Position numbers and translations under genes: made by a program
Part shown: positions 9,410 to 19,073 of the stretch, piece by piece
Numbering within the stretch: the stretch's first letter is position 1
How the letters are laid out: the number at the start of each line of letters is the position of its first letter
The notes under the pieces: model-generated
The model's database searches: none
The model's input: only the letters and a program-made list of their open reading frames with translations
Told to the model about the DNA's origin: nothing
NCBI GenBank assembly: GCA_026400755.1
Contig: JAPLOM010000011.1
Coordinates: forward strand, 135,501-199,500
Length of the DNA: 64,000 nt
DNA from: Alphaproteobacteria bacterium
GTDB taxonomy: Bacteria; Pseudomonadota; Alphaproteobacteria; CADEGL01
Direction of reading: 5' to 3'

Positions 9410-10131
9410 TTAGGCCGCCAGCGCCAGCGCGCGCTTCAAATCGACGCGGCCGTCATAGATAGCGCGGCCGACGATGACGCCCGCGATGCCGTCCTTCTCG
9501 TGCGCGCGCAGGGCGGTGATGTCGTCGATGGTCGAGACGCCGCCGGACGCGATCACCGGCACGGGCAGGCCCTTGGCCAGCGCGACCGTGGCTTCGATGT
9601 TGGGGCCGCCCAGCACGCCGTCGCGGTCGATGTCGGTATAGACGATGGCGGCGACGCCCGCGCCGGCCAGGGCGTCGGCCAGCTCGCGCGCCGTGGTTTC
9701 GGTCGCGCGCGTCCAGCCGTCGACGGCGACCTTGCCTTTACGCGCGTCGATGCCGACCACGATGCGGCCTGGGTGGGCGCGCGCGGCTTCGCGCACGAGT
9801 TCGGGGTTGGCGATGGCGGCCGTGCCCAGCACCACGCGGCGCACGCCGGCCTCGAGCCAGGCTTCGATGCGCGCGCGGTCGCGGATGCCGCCGCCCAGTT
9901 GCACGGGCATGGCGACGGCTTTGAGGATTGCGCTGACGGCGCTCGCGTTCTTGGGCAGGCCGGAGACGGCGCCGTCGAGATCGACGACATGGAGCCAGCG
10001 CGCGCCGGCCGCCTCGAACGTGCGCGCCTGCGCGGCCGGATCGTCGTTGTAGATGGTGGCGTCGTCCATCGCGCCCTGGCGCAGGCGGACGCAGCGCCCG
10101 TCCTTCAGGTCGATGGCGGGGAAGACGATCA
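9410..10131 (-). CDS. hisA: ProFAR isomerase
   Basis: [17 protein letters not shown]... lies inside a longer ORF; ATG at 10129-10131. Confidence 0.9.
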
Positions 10132-10137
10132 TGGCGG

Positions 10138-10668
10138 CTACTTCAGTTCCTTGTAGTAGTGGTGGCCGGTGATCATCTTGCCTTCGACCAGGGCGTATTT
10201 CGGGTTCTTGCCCCAGCGCGCGTAGTTCAGCGATTCGTAGAGTTTGATGGCGGCACTCTGGGTCTCGCGCACGTCGAGATTGAGCACCTTGAAGCCCTCG
10301 CGCCGCGCGTAGGATTCGACCGCGAGGGTCAGCTCGCGCGCCAGGCCGTGGCCGCGCGCCCAGGGCGCCACGAACGAATGCATCAGGTTGCAGGCGAAAG
10401 CCTGGGCCTCGTTGTTGGGCATGGGACGCACCAGTTGCGCCGAGCCGCAGACGACGCCGTCGAGCCGCGCCAGGAACAGCGTGCGCTCGGGCACCACCAG
10501 CACACCGCGGTAATAGGCTTCCAGCGCCTTGCGCGGCGGCGGGCGCACCCAGCCGAAGCCGCCGCCGTCGATGATGGCGCCCTCGGTCGCGTCGCACAGG
10601 TCGTAGAGATCCGGGCCCTTGAACTCCTTGGCCGGCTCGACCCCGATGCGGACACTTACTTCCGCCAC
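10138..10668 (-). CDS. GNAT family N-acetyltransferase embedded in the his operon
   Basis: The C-terminal part of ORF 10138-11442 carries an acetyl-CoA binding motif, the segment ending in [24 protein letters not shown] probable GTG start sits at about 10668, immediately after the hisH stop at 10671-10673. Confidence 0.65.
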   Translation of the reverse strand: MAEVSVRIGVEPAKEFKGPDLYDLCDATEGAIIDGGGFGWVRPPPRKALEAYYRGVLVVPERTLFLARLDGVVCGSAQLVRPMPNNEAQAFACNLMHSFVAPWARGHGLARELTLAVESYARREGFKVLNLDVRETQSAAIKLYESLNYARWGKNPKYALVEGKMITGHHYYKELK

Positions 10669-10670
10669 GG

Positions 10671-11309
10671 TCAGGGACTCCAGCCGAGGAAATTCGCGAT
10701 CAGGCGCAAGCCTGCGTCCTGGCTCTTCTCCGGGTGGAACTGCGTGCCGACCAGATTGTCGCGCCCGATCGCGGCCGTCAGCGCGCCGCCATACGCGGCG
10801 GTTGCCAGCACGTGATCCGTCTCGCGGCATTCGAACGCATAGCTGTGCACGAAATAGACGTGGGTGCCCGAGCCCAGTCCGTCCAGCACCGGATGCGCGG
10901 GCGGCGCTACAGCCAATTCGTTCCAGCCCATGTGGGGGATGCGCAAGGCTTCGTCGTCGGGCGCGATCTTCGTCACCTCGCCCGGAATCCAGCCCAGGCC
11001 CGGATGCGTGCCGTGCTCCAAGCCACGCTCGGCCATCAGCTGCATGCCGACGCAGATGCCGAGCAAGGGACGCTGCTGGCGGATGGCGACATGGTTCAGC
11101 GCCTCGACCATGCCGGGCACGCCCGAGAGACCGCGCATGCAATCGGCGAAGGCGCCCACGCCCGGCAGCACGACCCGGTCGGCCGCGCGCACGTCCGACG
11201 CCTCGGCCGTCACCAGGACGCGCTGGCCGGTGCCTTGCGCCGCGCGTTCGAACGCTTTCGCGGCGGACCTGAGGTTTCCGGAGCCGTAATCGACGATCGC
11301 GACTGTCAT
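10671..11309 (-). CDS. hisH: imidazole glycerol phosphate synthase glutamine amidotransferase subunit
   Basis: [15 protein letters not shown]... with the catalytic Cys in GICVGMQ, 212 aa. Confidence 0.9.
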   Translation of the reverse strand: MTVAIVDYGSGNLRSAAKAFERAAQGTGQRVLVTAEASDVRAADRVVLPGVGAFADCMRGLSGVPGMVEALNHVAIRQQRPLLGICVGMQLMAERGLEHGTHPGLGWIPGEVTKIAPDDEALRIPHMGWNELAVAPPAHPVLDGLGSGTHVYFVHSYAFECRETDHVLATAAYGGALTAAIGRDNLVGTQFHPEKSQDAGLRLIANFLGWSP

Positions 11310-11713
11310 AGCACGCTCGCGCGCAAGTTCGTGTCGCGTTCGAGATAACGCAGGAGCGCGCCATCGAAATCTTGCGCGCTGACGACCGCAACCTCGCGGT
11401 AGCCGCGCGCCTTAAGCGAACGCCGCCGTGCGTCGTTGGCATGCGCGCCGATCAGCACAAACAGCCCCGCCGCGATCGCGGCCTGCATGCCCGGCGTCAT
11501 GGGCACGCGTTGAACGAGAAAAGCGAACGCCGTGTTCGCCAGCGCCGTCACCAGCGCCCAGCTCCACATGCGGTGCGCCAGCGCCCAGAACGGCCCGAAC
11601 AGAGCCGCGAACCAAGCGAAGCCTTCCTTGACCAATACGGGATCGTCGCCACGGGCGGTTGTGCCACCCGGCGGAGAGACCGTCTCGCGCCGATGGACCG
11701 TAAAGATCTTCAT
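11306..11713 (-). CDS. DUF2628-like small membrane protein
   Basis: A roughly 135-aa ORF from an internal ATG (MKIFTVHRR...) with two TM helices. The position between hisB and hisH is typical for alphaproteobacteria. It overlaps the hisH start by 4 bp. Confidence 0.55.
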   Translation of the reverse strand: MKIFTVHRRETVSPPGGTTARGDDPVLVKEGFAWFAALFGPFWALAHRMWSWALVTALANTAFAFLVQRVPMTPGMQAAIAAGLFVLIGAHANDARRRSLKARGYREVAVVSAQDFDGALLRYLERDTNLRASVL

Positions 11714-11723
11714 AGCGCGACCG

Positions 11724-12323
11724 TTAAAGGGATTTGCCGAGCGTGCCCTTGGTCGAAGGAACCTCGCCAACCTGGCGGGGGTCCAGCTCGACCGCCTGCC
11801 GCAGGGCCCGAGCAAGGCCCTTGTAGCAGGACTCGACGATATGGTGGTTGTTCTCGCCGTAGACATTCTCGACGTGCAAGGTCAGCCCGGCCATCTGGGC
11901 GAAGGCCTGGAACCACTCCTTGAACAGTTCGGTGTCCATCTCGCCCAATTTGGGGCGCGAGAAGCCGACCTTCCAGATCAGATACGGCCGGTTCGAGGCG
12001 TCGAGTGCCACGCGCGACAGGGTCTCGTCCATGGGAATCACGGCGTCGCCATAGCGGCGGATGCCGCGCCGGTCGCCCAACGCCTTGGACACGGCCTCAC
12101 CGATCACGATGCCGGTGTCTTCGGTCGTGTGGTGATAGTCGATGTGGAGATCGCCCTTGGCCTCGAGCGTGATGTCGATGAGGCTGTGGCGGGCCAGCTG
12201 CTCCAGCATATGGTCGAGAAAGCCAATCCCGGTCGCGATACGGGATACGCCCGTCCCGTCCAGGTTCACGGTGGCGGTGATTTGCGTTTCGCGCGTCTTG
12301 CGCTCGACCGTTGCTTGTCGCAT
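11724..12323 (-). CDS. hisB: imidazoleglycerol-phosphate dehydratase
   Basis: [15 protein letters not shown]...HHTTEDTGI... ; ATG at 12321-12323. Confidence 0.9.
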   Translation of the reverse strand: MRQATVERKTRETQITATVNLDGTGVSRIATGIGFLDHMLEQLARHSLIDITLEAKGDLHIDYHHTTEDTGIVIGEAVSKALGDRRGIRRYGDAVIPMDETLSRVALDASNRPYLIWKVGFSRPKLGEMDTELFKEWFQAFAQMAGLTLHVENVYGENNHHIVESCYKGLARALRQAVELDPRQVGEVPSTKGTLGKSL

Positions 12324-12538
12324 GGCCTCTCTCCACGGCGGAACCCGCCGGCCGCGGGGTTTTAACAGCCCGATGGAAACCGCGCCAGCCTGCGAAAAAC
12401 CCACATCTAGGGATATCGGTAGACGCAACCGCCAGATGGCGGTTTTGCGGCGTTTATGGCCCAACGGTTGCGTATTGGGTCCTCGGGGGAGGGCCGAACC
12501 GGCCGCTCCAGGCGGTTGGGGGGGACACCAGACGCGTC

Positions 12539-13291
12539 ATGAAACACCGACGTTTTGCGCCGGACGAAATTCTATGCCGGCTGGGCGATCCGCCTACGGC
12601 GGCCTTCGTCGTCATCGAGGGCGAAGTGGAGGTTACGAGCGGGGCGCGCGGGGATGACGGAAGCCGCCTCGGCCGGGGTGAGATCGTCGGCGAAGCCTGT
12701 CTTATTCTCGGCCAGCCCATGGCCGTGACCGTCCGCGCGGTCGTCGAAACCACCGTGGCCGTCATCTCGCGCGATGAGTTCCTGGACCGGGCGGCCAAGA
12801 AGCGCGCCACGCTGGATCCGGTCTTCCGCCAGCTTTTCCATTCCCTGCACGACGTGACGGGCATCATCTCCAAGGGCGTGCCGCGCGCCGTGATCGTGGC
12901 GGAGCGCCCGGTTCACAATATCCGCATCCTGCCCTCCAGCCGCGAGCTGCAGGACCAGATGGATGAAGCGGGCTATCCGATGCCCGAATTGCCCTTTCGC
13001 GTCGGCCGTCTCGTGCTCGACGGCGAGAATGCGCCGCCGACGGCCATCGAACTGACGCTGGACGACGTGCGGCCTTACAACCTGTCGCGCCAGCATTTCG
13101 CCATCGAGGGGTCCGAGACGGGACCTGTCGTGCGGGACATCTGGAGCCATCTGGGCACGCTCGTGAACGGCGTGCGCATCGGCCGCGCGGAAAACCGCCA
13201 GGCCGTGCCTTTGCGGCTGGGCGACAACCAGGTGGTGGCAGGCAAGTCGGGCTCGCCGTTCATCTTTCGGGTGCTGGTCGAAAAGGGCTGA
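12539..13291 (+). CDS. cyclic-nucleotide-binding domain / FHA domain fusion protein
   Basis: The start is MKHRRFAPDEILCRLGDPPTAAFVVIEGEVEV (cNMP-binding beta-barrel with a GE..GE motif). The C-terminus ...HFAIEGSETGPVVRDIWSHLGTLVNGVRIG is FHA-like. It is inserted between hisB and hslV. Confidence 0.65.
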   Translation: MKHRRFAPDEILCRLGDPPTAAFVVIEGEVEVTSGARGDDGSRLGRGEIVGEACLILGQPMAVTVRAVVETTVAVISRDEFLDRAAKKRATLDPVFRQLFHSLHDVTGIISKGVPRAVIVAERPVHNIRILPSSRELQDQMDEAGYPMPELPFRVGRLVLDGENAPPTAIELTLDDVRPYNLSRQHFAIEGSETGPVVRDIWSHLGTLVNGVRIGRAENRQAVPLRLGDNQVVAGKSGSPFIFRVLVEKG

Positions 13292-13338
13292 TCCCGCCCG
13301 GTTGACGGGGGCCATCCCAACGGCCATATCCAATCATC

Positions 13339-13881
13339 ATGGAAAATTCCCCCGCCTGGCACGGCACGACCGTCCTGTCCGTGCGAAAAGACGGCAAGGT
13401 CGTGATCGCGGCCGACGGCCAAGTCAGCATGGGCAACACCATCATCAAGGCGAACGCCAAGAAGCTGCGTCGCCTGGCCGATGGGCGCGTGATCGCGGGC
13501 TTCGCGGGTGCCACGGCCGACGCCTTCACGCTGTTCGAACGCCTGGAAGGCAAGTTGGAAAAGCATCCGGGCCAGCTCATGCGCGCCTGTGTCGAGTTGG
13601 CTAAGGATTGGCGCACGGATCGCTATCTGCGCCGCCTGGAGGCCATGATGGCCGTGGCCGACAAAGGCGTCTCCCTGATCCTGAGCGGCACCGGCGACGT
13701 GCTGGAGCCCGAGGACGGGCTGATCGGCATCGGCTCAGGCGGGCCCTACGCCCTGGCCGCGGGCCGCGCGCTGATCGACCAGCCCGGCCTCGACGCCGAG
13801 GCCATCGCGCGCAAGGCGCTGGGCATCGCGGCCGACATCTGCGTCTTCACCAACCGCAACGTGACCCTGGAAAGCCTGTGA
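13339..13881 (+). CDS. hslV: ATP-dependent protease subunit HslV
   Basis: [19 protein letters not shown]... shows a proteasome-like N-terminal Thr. Confidence 0.95.
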   Translation: MENSPAWHGTTVLSVRKDGKVVIAADGQVSMGNTIIKANAKKLRRLADGRVIAGFAGATADAFTLFERLEGKLEKHPGQLMRACVELAKDWRTDRYLRRLEAMMAVADKGVSLILSGTGDVLEPEDGLIGIGSGGPYALAAGRALIDQPGLDAEAIARKALGIAADICVFTNRNVTLESL

Positions 13882-15194
13882 CCAGCGCCTTCTCCCCGCG
13901 CGAGATCGTCTCCGAGCTCGACCGTTTCATCGTCGGCCAGGCCGACGCCAAGCGCGCCGTCGCGATCGCGCTGCGCAACCGCTGGCGCCGCCAGCAGCTT
14001 CCGGCCGACCTGCGCGAAGAAGTGCTGCCCAAGAACATCCTGATGATCGGGCCCACGGGCGTGGGCAAGACCGAGATCGCGCGCCGCTTGGCCAAGCTGG
14101 CGCAGGCCCCCTTCCTCAAGGTCGAGGCCACCAAGTTCACCGAGGTCGGCTATGTCGGCCGCGACGTCGAGCAGATCATCCGCGACCTAGTCGAGGTCTC
14201 GATCGGCATGACGCGCACACGGCTGCGCAAGGCGGTCGAGGCCAGGGCCGAAATGGCCGCCGAGGAGCGCGTGCTGGACGCCCTGGTGGGCCAAGGCGCT
14301 TCGCCCGAGACGCGGCAGAAATTCCGCAAGATGCTGCGCGAAGGCCAATTGAACGACAAGGAAATCGAGCTTCAGGTCAGCGAGAGCGGTGCGGGCGCGC
14401 TGCCGACCTTCGAGATTCCCGGCATGCCGGGCGCCCAGATGGGCATGCTCAACCTCAACGACATCTTCGGCAAGGCGCTGGGCGGCGGCCGCACCAAGCC
14501 CAAGCGTCTGACGATCGAGGAGTCCCACCCGCTGTTGATCGCGGAGGAAAGCGACAAGCTGTTGGACCAGGACAAGATCGTCGCGGAAGCCATCCGCATG
14601 GTCGAGGACAACGGCATCGTCTTCCTGGACGAGATCGACAAGATCGCCTCGCGCAGCGATCGTGTAGGTGCGGATGTCAGCCGCGAAGGCGTCCAGCGCG
14701 ACCTGCTGCCGCTGATCGAGGGCACCACAGTCGCGACCAAGCACGGGCCGGTGAAGACCGACCATGTCCTATTCATCGCTTCGGGCGCGTTCCATTTGTC
14801 CAAGCCATCGGATCTCTTGCCGGAACTGCAAGGCCGCCTGCCCATCCGTGTGGAGTTGAAAGCCCTCGGCCGCGACGAGTTCTCGCGCATCTTGACCGAG
14901 CCCGAGAACAGCCTGATCAAACAGTACACGGCGCTCATGAAGACCGAGGATGTCACCCTCGATTTCACCGAGGACGCCATCGGGCGTATCGCGGGCCTGG
15001 CCGCCGAGATCAACGAAGGTATCGAGAATATCGGCGCGCGGCGGCTGCACACCGTGTTGGAGCGGCTAGTCGAGGAGATCAGCTTCAACGCGTCTGACCG
15101 GCCGGGTACGTCGGTCAAGATCGATGCCGCCTATGTGGACGATAAGGTCGGCAGCCTGGCGCGCGACACGGACCTGTCGCGGTTCATTCTCTAA
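13878..15194 (+). CDS. hslU: ATP-dependent protease ATPase subunit HslU
   Basis: GTG start overlapping the hslV stop ([21 protein letters not shown]...). Walker A is [15 protein letters not shown]. Confidence 0.95.
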   Translation: MTSAFSPREIVSELDRFIVGQADAKRAVAIALRNRWRRQQLPADLREEVLPKNILMIGPTGVGKTEIARRLAKLAQAPFLKVEATKFTEVGYVGRDVEQIIRDLVEVSIGMTRTRLRKAVEARAEMAAEERVLDALVGQGASPETRQKFRKMLREGQLNDKEIELQVSESGAGALPTFEIPGMPGAQMGMLNLNDIFGKALGGGRTKPKRLTIEESHPLLIAEESDKLLDQDKIVAEAIRMVEDNGIVFLDEIDKIASRSDRVGADVSREGVQRDLLPLIEGTTVATKHGPVKTDHVLFIASGAFHLSKPSDLLPELQGRLPIRVELKALGRDEFSRILTEPENSLIKQYTALMKTEDVTLDFTEDAIGRIAGLAAEINEGIENIGARRLHTVLERLVEEISFNASDRPGTSVKIDAAYVDDKVGSLARDTDLSRFIL

Positions 15195-15209
15195 AGATCA
15201 TTTTCAGCT

Positions 15210-15596
15210 CTAGCGCTTCGCGTTCGGATTCCGCGATGTCCGCACTGGCGTCTTGAGTACGTCCATGAGCCGGTCCAGTTCGGCGTCCGACAGGCGCGCG
15301 ATGTCCGTGGCTAGGCGGTTGGCCACCTCGGTCGCCTTGGCCGAGAGGCCGGAGGTATCCACCCGCGGGCGCGGATCGGACAAGGCGGCCAGGCGCACCA
15401 ACTCCTCCGCGTCGTCCCAGATGATGCCGAGCGCCGCCGAGACCTGATGCACCAACCCCTTGCTGGGCTTGCCGCGCTTGCCGTTCTCGAGCGCCGAGAG
15501 ATAGGCTGGCGTGACATGCAGCGCCTTGGCCAGATCCTTGAGTGTCATGTTTCGCGCCGCGCGGAGTTGGCGCAGCTTCTGTCCGAATGGCGTCAC
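15210..15596 (-). CDS. XRE-family HTH transcriptional regulator
   Basis: LRQLRAARNMTLKDLAKALHVTPAYLSALENGKR is a classic XRE HTH. 128 aa. Confidence 0.75.
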   Translation of the reverse strand: MTPFGQKLRQLRAARNMTLKDLAKALHVTPAYLSALENGKRGKPSKGLVHQVSAALGIIWDDAEELVRLAALSDPRPRVDTSGLSAKATEVANRLATDIARLSDAELDRLMDVLKTPVRTSRNPNAKR

Positions 15597-16120
15597 GGCA
15601 TCCGCCTGCGGCGCAGCAGCACGTAGAGCGCGCCGTCGCCGCCATCCTTCGGCCGCGCGGCGCCGAAGGACAGGATACGCGCCCGATGCGGCGGCAAGTT
15701 GAGCCAGCGCGGCACCGCCGCGCGCAAAACGCCGCCGCCCCGCGTGCCCTTGCCCGTAATGACCAGGACGCAGCGCCAGCCGCGCCCCTCGGCCTTGTCC
15801 ATGAACGCGGCCAGCGCATCGTGCGCTTCGGACTGGGTCATGCCGTGGAGGTCGATCCGCCCGTCGATCTCCATCTGGCCGCGATGGAGCCGTTCGGCGG
15901 TGCGCCGGTCGACGCCGGGAGACGTGCCGTGCGAAAGCTCGGACAGCACCGGCGCACGCACCACGGGCGACGCGGATGCGGCGGCGTGCGGCACGGGTTT
16001 AGGCTCGACGCGCGGCTTGGGCGCCGGCACCCGCGCGCGGCGGGCGCGCAGGGGTTTCGCATCGCGCGTAGCCCACTCCCACAACTCCGCCTCATCGGCG
16101 CGCGGGCGCTTGGCGCTCAT
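15593..16120 (-). CDS. Smr (small MutS-related) domain protein
   Basis: The C-terminal Smr domain includes DLHGMTQSEAHDALAAFM...VLVITGKG. 4-bp overlaps link it to lutC upstream and the XRE gene downstream. Confidence 0.75.
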   Translation of the reverse strand: MSAKRPRADEAELWEWATRDAKPLRARRARVPAPKPRVEPKPVPHAAASASPVVRAPVLSELSHGTSPGVDRRTAERLHRGQMEIDGRIDLHGMTQSEAHDALAAFMDKAEGRGWRCVLVITGKGTRGGGVLRAAVPRWLNLPPHRARILSFGAARPKDGGDGALYVLLRRRRMP

Positions 16121-16800
16121 CCCTCGACCAGGACGATGTGCAGGCGACGTGGCCCATGGGCGCCCATCTGGAGCTGCTGCTCGATATCCGCGCTGCGCGA
16201 CGGGCCGGTGATGAAGTTGACCGTGCGCGGCATGGCGACGGCGCCGCCTTCACCGACGCGCGCCTCGCGCAGTCGGGCCCAAGCCTCTTCATAGGCGCCG
16301 ACCACCTGGGATTCGCGCAAGACCACAATATGGGTCTCGGGCAGAAGATTGAGCGTCGTCGGCGTGTCTGGGCCCGACAGAAGCATCAACGTGCCGGTCT
16401 CGGCGATGGCGGAGAACGCCACCGTCACGCCCACCTCGTCGCTGGGCTCGGCGCGCCCGCGGCGGATGGCGAGCAACGGTTGCCGCTCCCAGCCTAGGGA
16501 GCCAAGCCAGGGATCGGGCGCCATGGCGACACGGCTCGGCAGGTTTTCGCTCTTGAGGAACTGGGCGATGGCCTCTGGCACATCCGACGGCAACGGCACG
16601 CGCGTCAACGTGGCCGAGGCCTCGCGCGCCATCGTCTCGAACAATTTGATCTTGGCGTCAGGCGCCAACTGGCCGCGCGCCGGAATCAGATTCATGCGAT
16701 GCGCGGCAAGACGGGCATCGACCGTGTGTCCGGCATCAGCCGCGCGGCCTTTGCCGACCGCGCCGCGGATGCGGCTCAGCATGTCCTCGCGCGCGCTCAT
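16117..16800 (-). CDS. lutC: lactate utilisation protein C (LUD domain)
   Basis: An internal ATG (MSAREDMLSRIRGAV...) overlaps the lutB stop by 4 bp. It has a LUD/YkgG-like domain. Confidence 0.8.
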   Translation of the reverse strand: MSAREDMLSRIRGAVGKGRAADAGHTVDARLAAHRMNLIPARGQLAPDAKIKLFETMAREASATLTRVPLPSDVPEAIAQFLKSENLPSRVAMAPDPWLGSLGWERQPLLAIRRGRAEPSDEVGVTVAFSAIAETGTLMLLSGPDTPTTLNLLPETHIVVLRESQVVGAYEEAWARLREARVGEGGAVAMPRTVNFITGPSRSADIEQQLQMGAHGPRRLHIVLVEG

Positions 16801-18209
16801 CGCCGCTCCGCCCACAGGCTTTGGAAGCTGCGGCCTTCGGGCGCTGGGAAATCGCGGCCCGCGGTCCAGGCTTTCGCCAGTGGAAGCGACCGGAAGCGCC
16901 CCGAACGACGGCCGAGCGCGCCCAACAACCGCGCCGTGAACGACGCGCCCAGACGATAGAGCGCGGGCCGGCGCGCGACGAAAGCCCACAGCGACACCGC
17001 CCAGCGCGAAGCCGGCGGCGACAATTTCCGTTCGTACTCCTCCTCGCGCAGGCGCCGCATCAGCTTCGGCAACGGAATCCGCATCGGACAGACGGCTTCG
17101 CATTTGCCGCAGAAGGTCGAGGCGTTGGGCAGGTCGCGCGCCTGTTCCAGTCCGACCAGCCACGGCGTGAGCACGGCCCCCATCGGCCCTGGATAGACCC
17201 AGCCATAGGCATGACCGCCGATCGCGCCATAGACCGGACAATGGTTGAGACAAGCGCCGCAACGGATGCAACGCAGCATCTCCTGAAACTCCGTGCCCAG
17301 CATCCGGCTGCGCCCGTTGTCGAGGATAACGACGTGGAAGGCGCCCGGCCCATCGGGATCCTCCGCGCGGCGTGGCCCGGTCGAGAAGGTCGTGTAGACC
17401 GAGAACTCTTGGCCAGTGGCGGAACGCGCGAGGAGGCGCAGGATCGTCGCCGCGTCCTCGAGCGTGGGCACAACCTTCTCGATGCTGCCTAGCACGATGT
17501 GCGCCTTGGGCAGGGTTTGGGTCAGGTCGCCGTTGCCTTCGTTGGTCACGATGACGGTCGAGCCCGTCTCGGCGATCAGGAAGTTCGCGCCCGTGATGCC
17601 AACGTCCGCGGCGACGAACTTCTCGCGCAGGATCTTGCGCGCCTCCGCGAGAAGTGTCGACGCCTCATCCAACACGCGCTCGTGCGGCAAATGCGTGTGC
17701 GCGGCGCGAAAGGCGTCGGCGACCTCTTCTTTATTGACGTGAATCGCGGGCGCGATGATGTGGCTGGGCGGCTCGTGGCGAAGCTGGATGATGTATTCGC
17801 CCAGATCCGTCTCGATCGGCTCGACGCCGTTGGCCTCGAGATAGTCGTTGAGGCCGATCTCCTCCGCGACCATGGATTTGCCCTTGGTCACCGTGCGCGC
17901 GTCGTGGGCGCGGCAGATTTCGAGGATCGTCGTGCGCGCCTCGGCAGCGTCGCGGCACCAATGCACCTGGCCGCCCGCGGCGATCACCCGCGCCTCGAAC
18001 CGCTCCAAATAGAGATCGAGATGGGCGAGCGTGTGGTCCTTGATCGCCTTGGCTGCGTCACGCAGCGCCTCGAACTCAGGCAGCCGATCGGCCGCCTTGC
18101 GTCGCCGTTCGATGAAGCCGGTCTTGATGTGCCCCAGCGCCTTCTGAAGCTTGGCGTCGGCCAAGGCATCGGTCGCATTGCCTTTGAACGTGGCGCTGGT
18201 CGGCTGCAT
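16797..18209 (-). CDS. lutB: lactate utilisation protein B (iron-sulfur, LUD domain)
   Basis: MQPTSATFKGN... carries a 4Fe-4S motif, CIRCGACLNHCPVY, and a second CxxC cluster. It is YkgF-like, roughly 470 aa. Confidence 0.85.
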   Translation of the reverse strand: MQPTSATFKGNATDALADAKLQKALGHIKTGFIERRRKAADRLPEFEALRDAAKAIKDHTLAHLDLYLERFEARVIAAGGQVHWCRDAAEARTTILEICRAHDARTVTKGKSMVAEEIGLNDYLEANGVEPIETDLGEYIIQLRHEPPSHIIAPAIHVNKEEVADAFRAAHTHLPHERVLDEASTLLAEARKILREKFVAADVGITGANFLIAETGSTVIVTNEGNGDLTQTLPKAHIVLGSIEKVVPTLEDAATILRLLARSATGQEFSVYTTFSTGPRRAEDPDGPGAFHVVILDNGRSRMLGTEFQEMLRCIRCGACLNHCPVYGAIGGHAYGWVYPGPMGAVLTPWLVGLEQARDLPNASTFCGKCEAVCPMRIPLPKLMRRLREEEYERKLSPPASRWAVSLWAFVARRPALYRLGASFTARLLGALGRRSGRFRSLPLAKAWTAGRDFPAPEGRSFQSLWAERR

Positions 18210-18211
18210 CG

Positions 18212-18976
18212 TCAGTCCGCCGCCTCGCCGATGGCGGGGCCATCGGCCATGTTCGCCAGCACCTCGGCGACATGGCGCACGCGCACGGAGGCGCCCTCGC
18301 GCGACAGCTTGCCCGCCATGTTGAGAAGACAACCCATGTCGCCCGCAAGCAGCGTATCGGCGCCCGTCGCCGCGACGGATTTTGCCTTGTCCGTCACCAT
18401 GCGGTCAGAGATGGCCGGGTACTTCACGCAGAACGCGCCACCAAAGCCGCAGCACACTTCGGCGTCCACCAATTCCTTGATTTCAAGTCCGGCGATCGAC
18501 GATAGAAGCCGCCGCGGCTGTGCCTTCACGCCCAGTTCGCGCAGGCCGGAGCAGGAATCATGATAGGTCACGCTGCCGTCGAAGCGCGCATCGACCGTGG
18601 ACATTTTGCGCACGTCAACCAGGAACGAGATCAACTCGTGGGTGCGCGCGGACAGGGCCGCGGCACGCGCATGCATCGCCGGATCGTCTTCGAACAGCTC
18701 GGGATAATGAGTCTTGAGCATGCCGCCGCACGAGCCCGACGGCACAACGACGTAGTCATAGGTTTCGAAGGCTTCGATCACTTGGCGTGCGATGGCCGTC
18801 GCCGCCGGGCGGTCGCCCGCGTTGTAGCCCGGCTGGCCGCAACAAGTTTGGGCGCGCGGCACCTCGACCGTGCAACCCGCCGCCTCCAGCAGCTTCACGG
18901 CGGCGAAGCCCACGCTCGGCCGGAACAGGTCGACCAGGCAGGTGACGAACAGCGCGACGCTCGGCTTCTGCACCAC
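18212..18976 (-). CDS. lutA: lactate utilisation protein A (CCG-domain Fe-S oxidoreductase)
   Basis: MVQKPSVALFVTCLVDLF...QTCCGQPGYNAG is YkgE-like with duplicated CCG motifs. Confidence 0.85.
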   Translation of the reverse strand: MVQKPSVALFVTCLVDLFRPSVGFAAVKLLEAAGCTVEVPRAQTCCGQPGYNAGDRPAATAIARQVIEAFETYDYVVVPSGSCGGMLKTHYPELFEDDPAMHARAAALSARTHELISFLVDVRKMSTVDARFDGSVTYHDSCSGLRELGVKAQPRRLLSSIAGLEIKELVDAEVCCGFGGAFCVKYPAISDRMVTDKAKSVAATGADTLLAGDMGCLLNMAGKLSREGASVRVRHVAEVLANMADGPAIGEAAD

Positions 18977-19073
18977 CGGCCAACCCTATGATTTTTCGCG
19001 CCAATTCCGTCCAATCGGCGGCGTGCCTTGGGCCGCAACAATGCGCGAGCGCGCACCCGGCGGCAAGCGCGAA

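Noticed and set aside
8684-10156. Long antisense ORFs opposite well-supported genes. Examples are 8684-10156 (+), 11532-12365 (+), 19953-20996 (+), 24132-25121 (+), 46408-47400 (-), 48231-49298 (-), 55139-56521 (+), 57319-59211 (+) and 59489-60778 (+).
   Set aside because: They are Arg/Ala/Gly-rich, low-complexity translations with no recognisable domains. They are typical stop-codon-poor artefacts of roughly 67 % GC DNA lying opposite genes with clear homology-type signatures.
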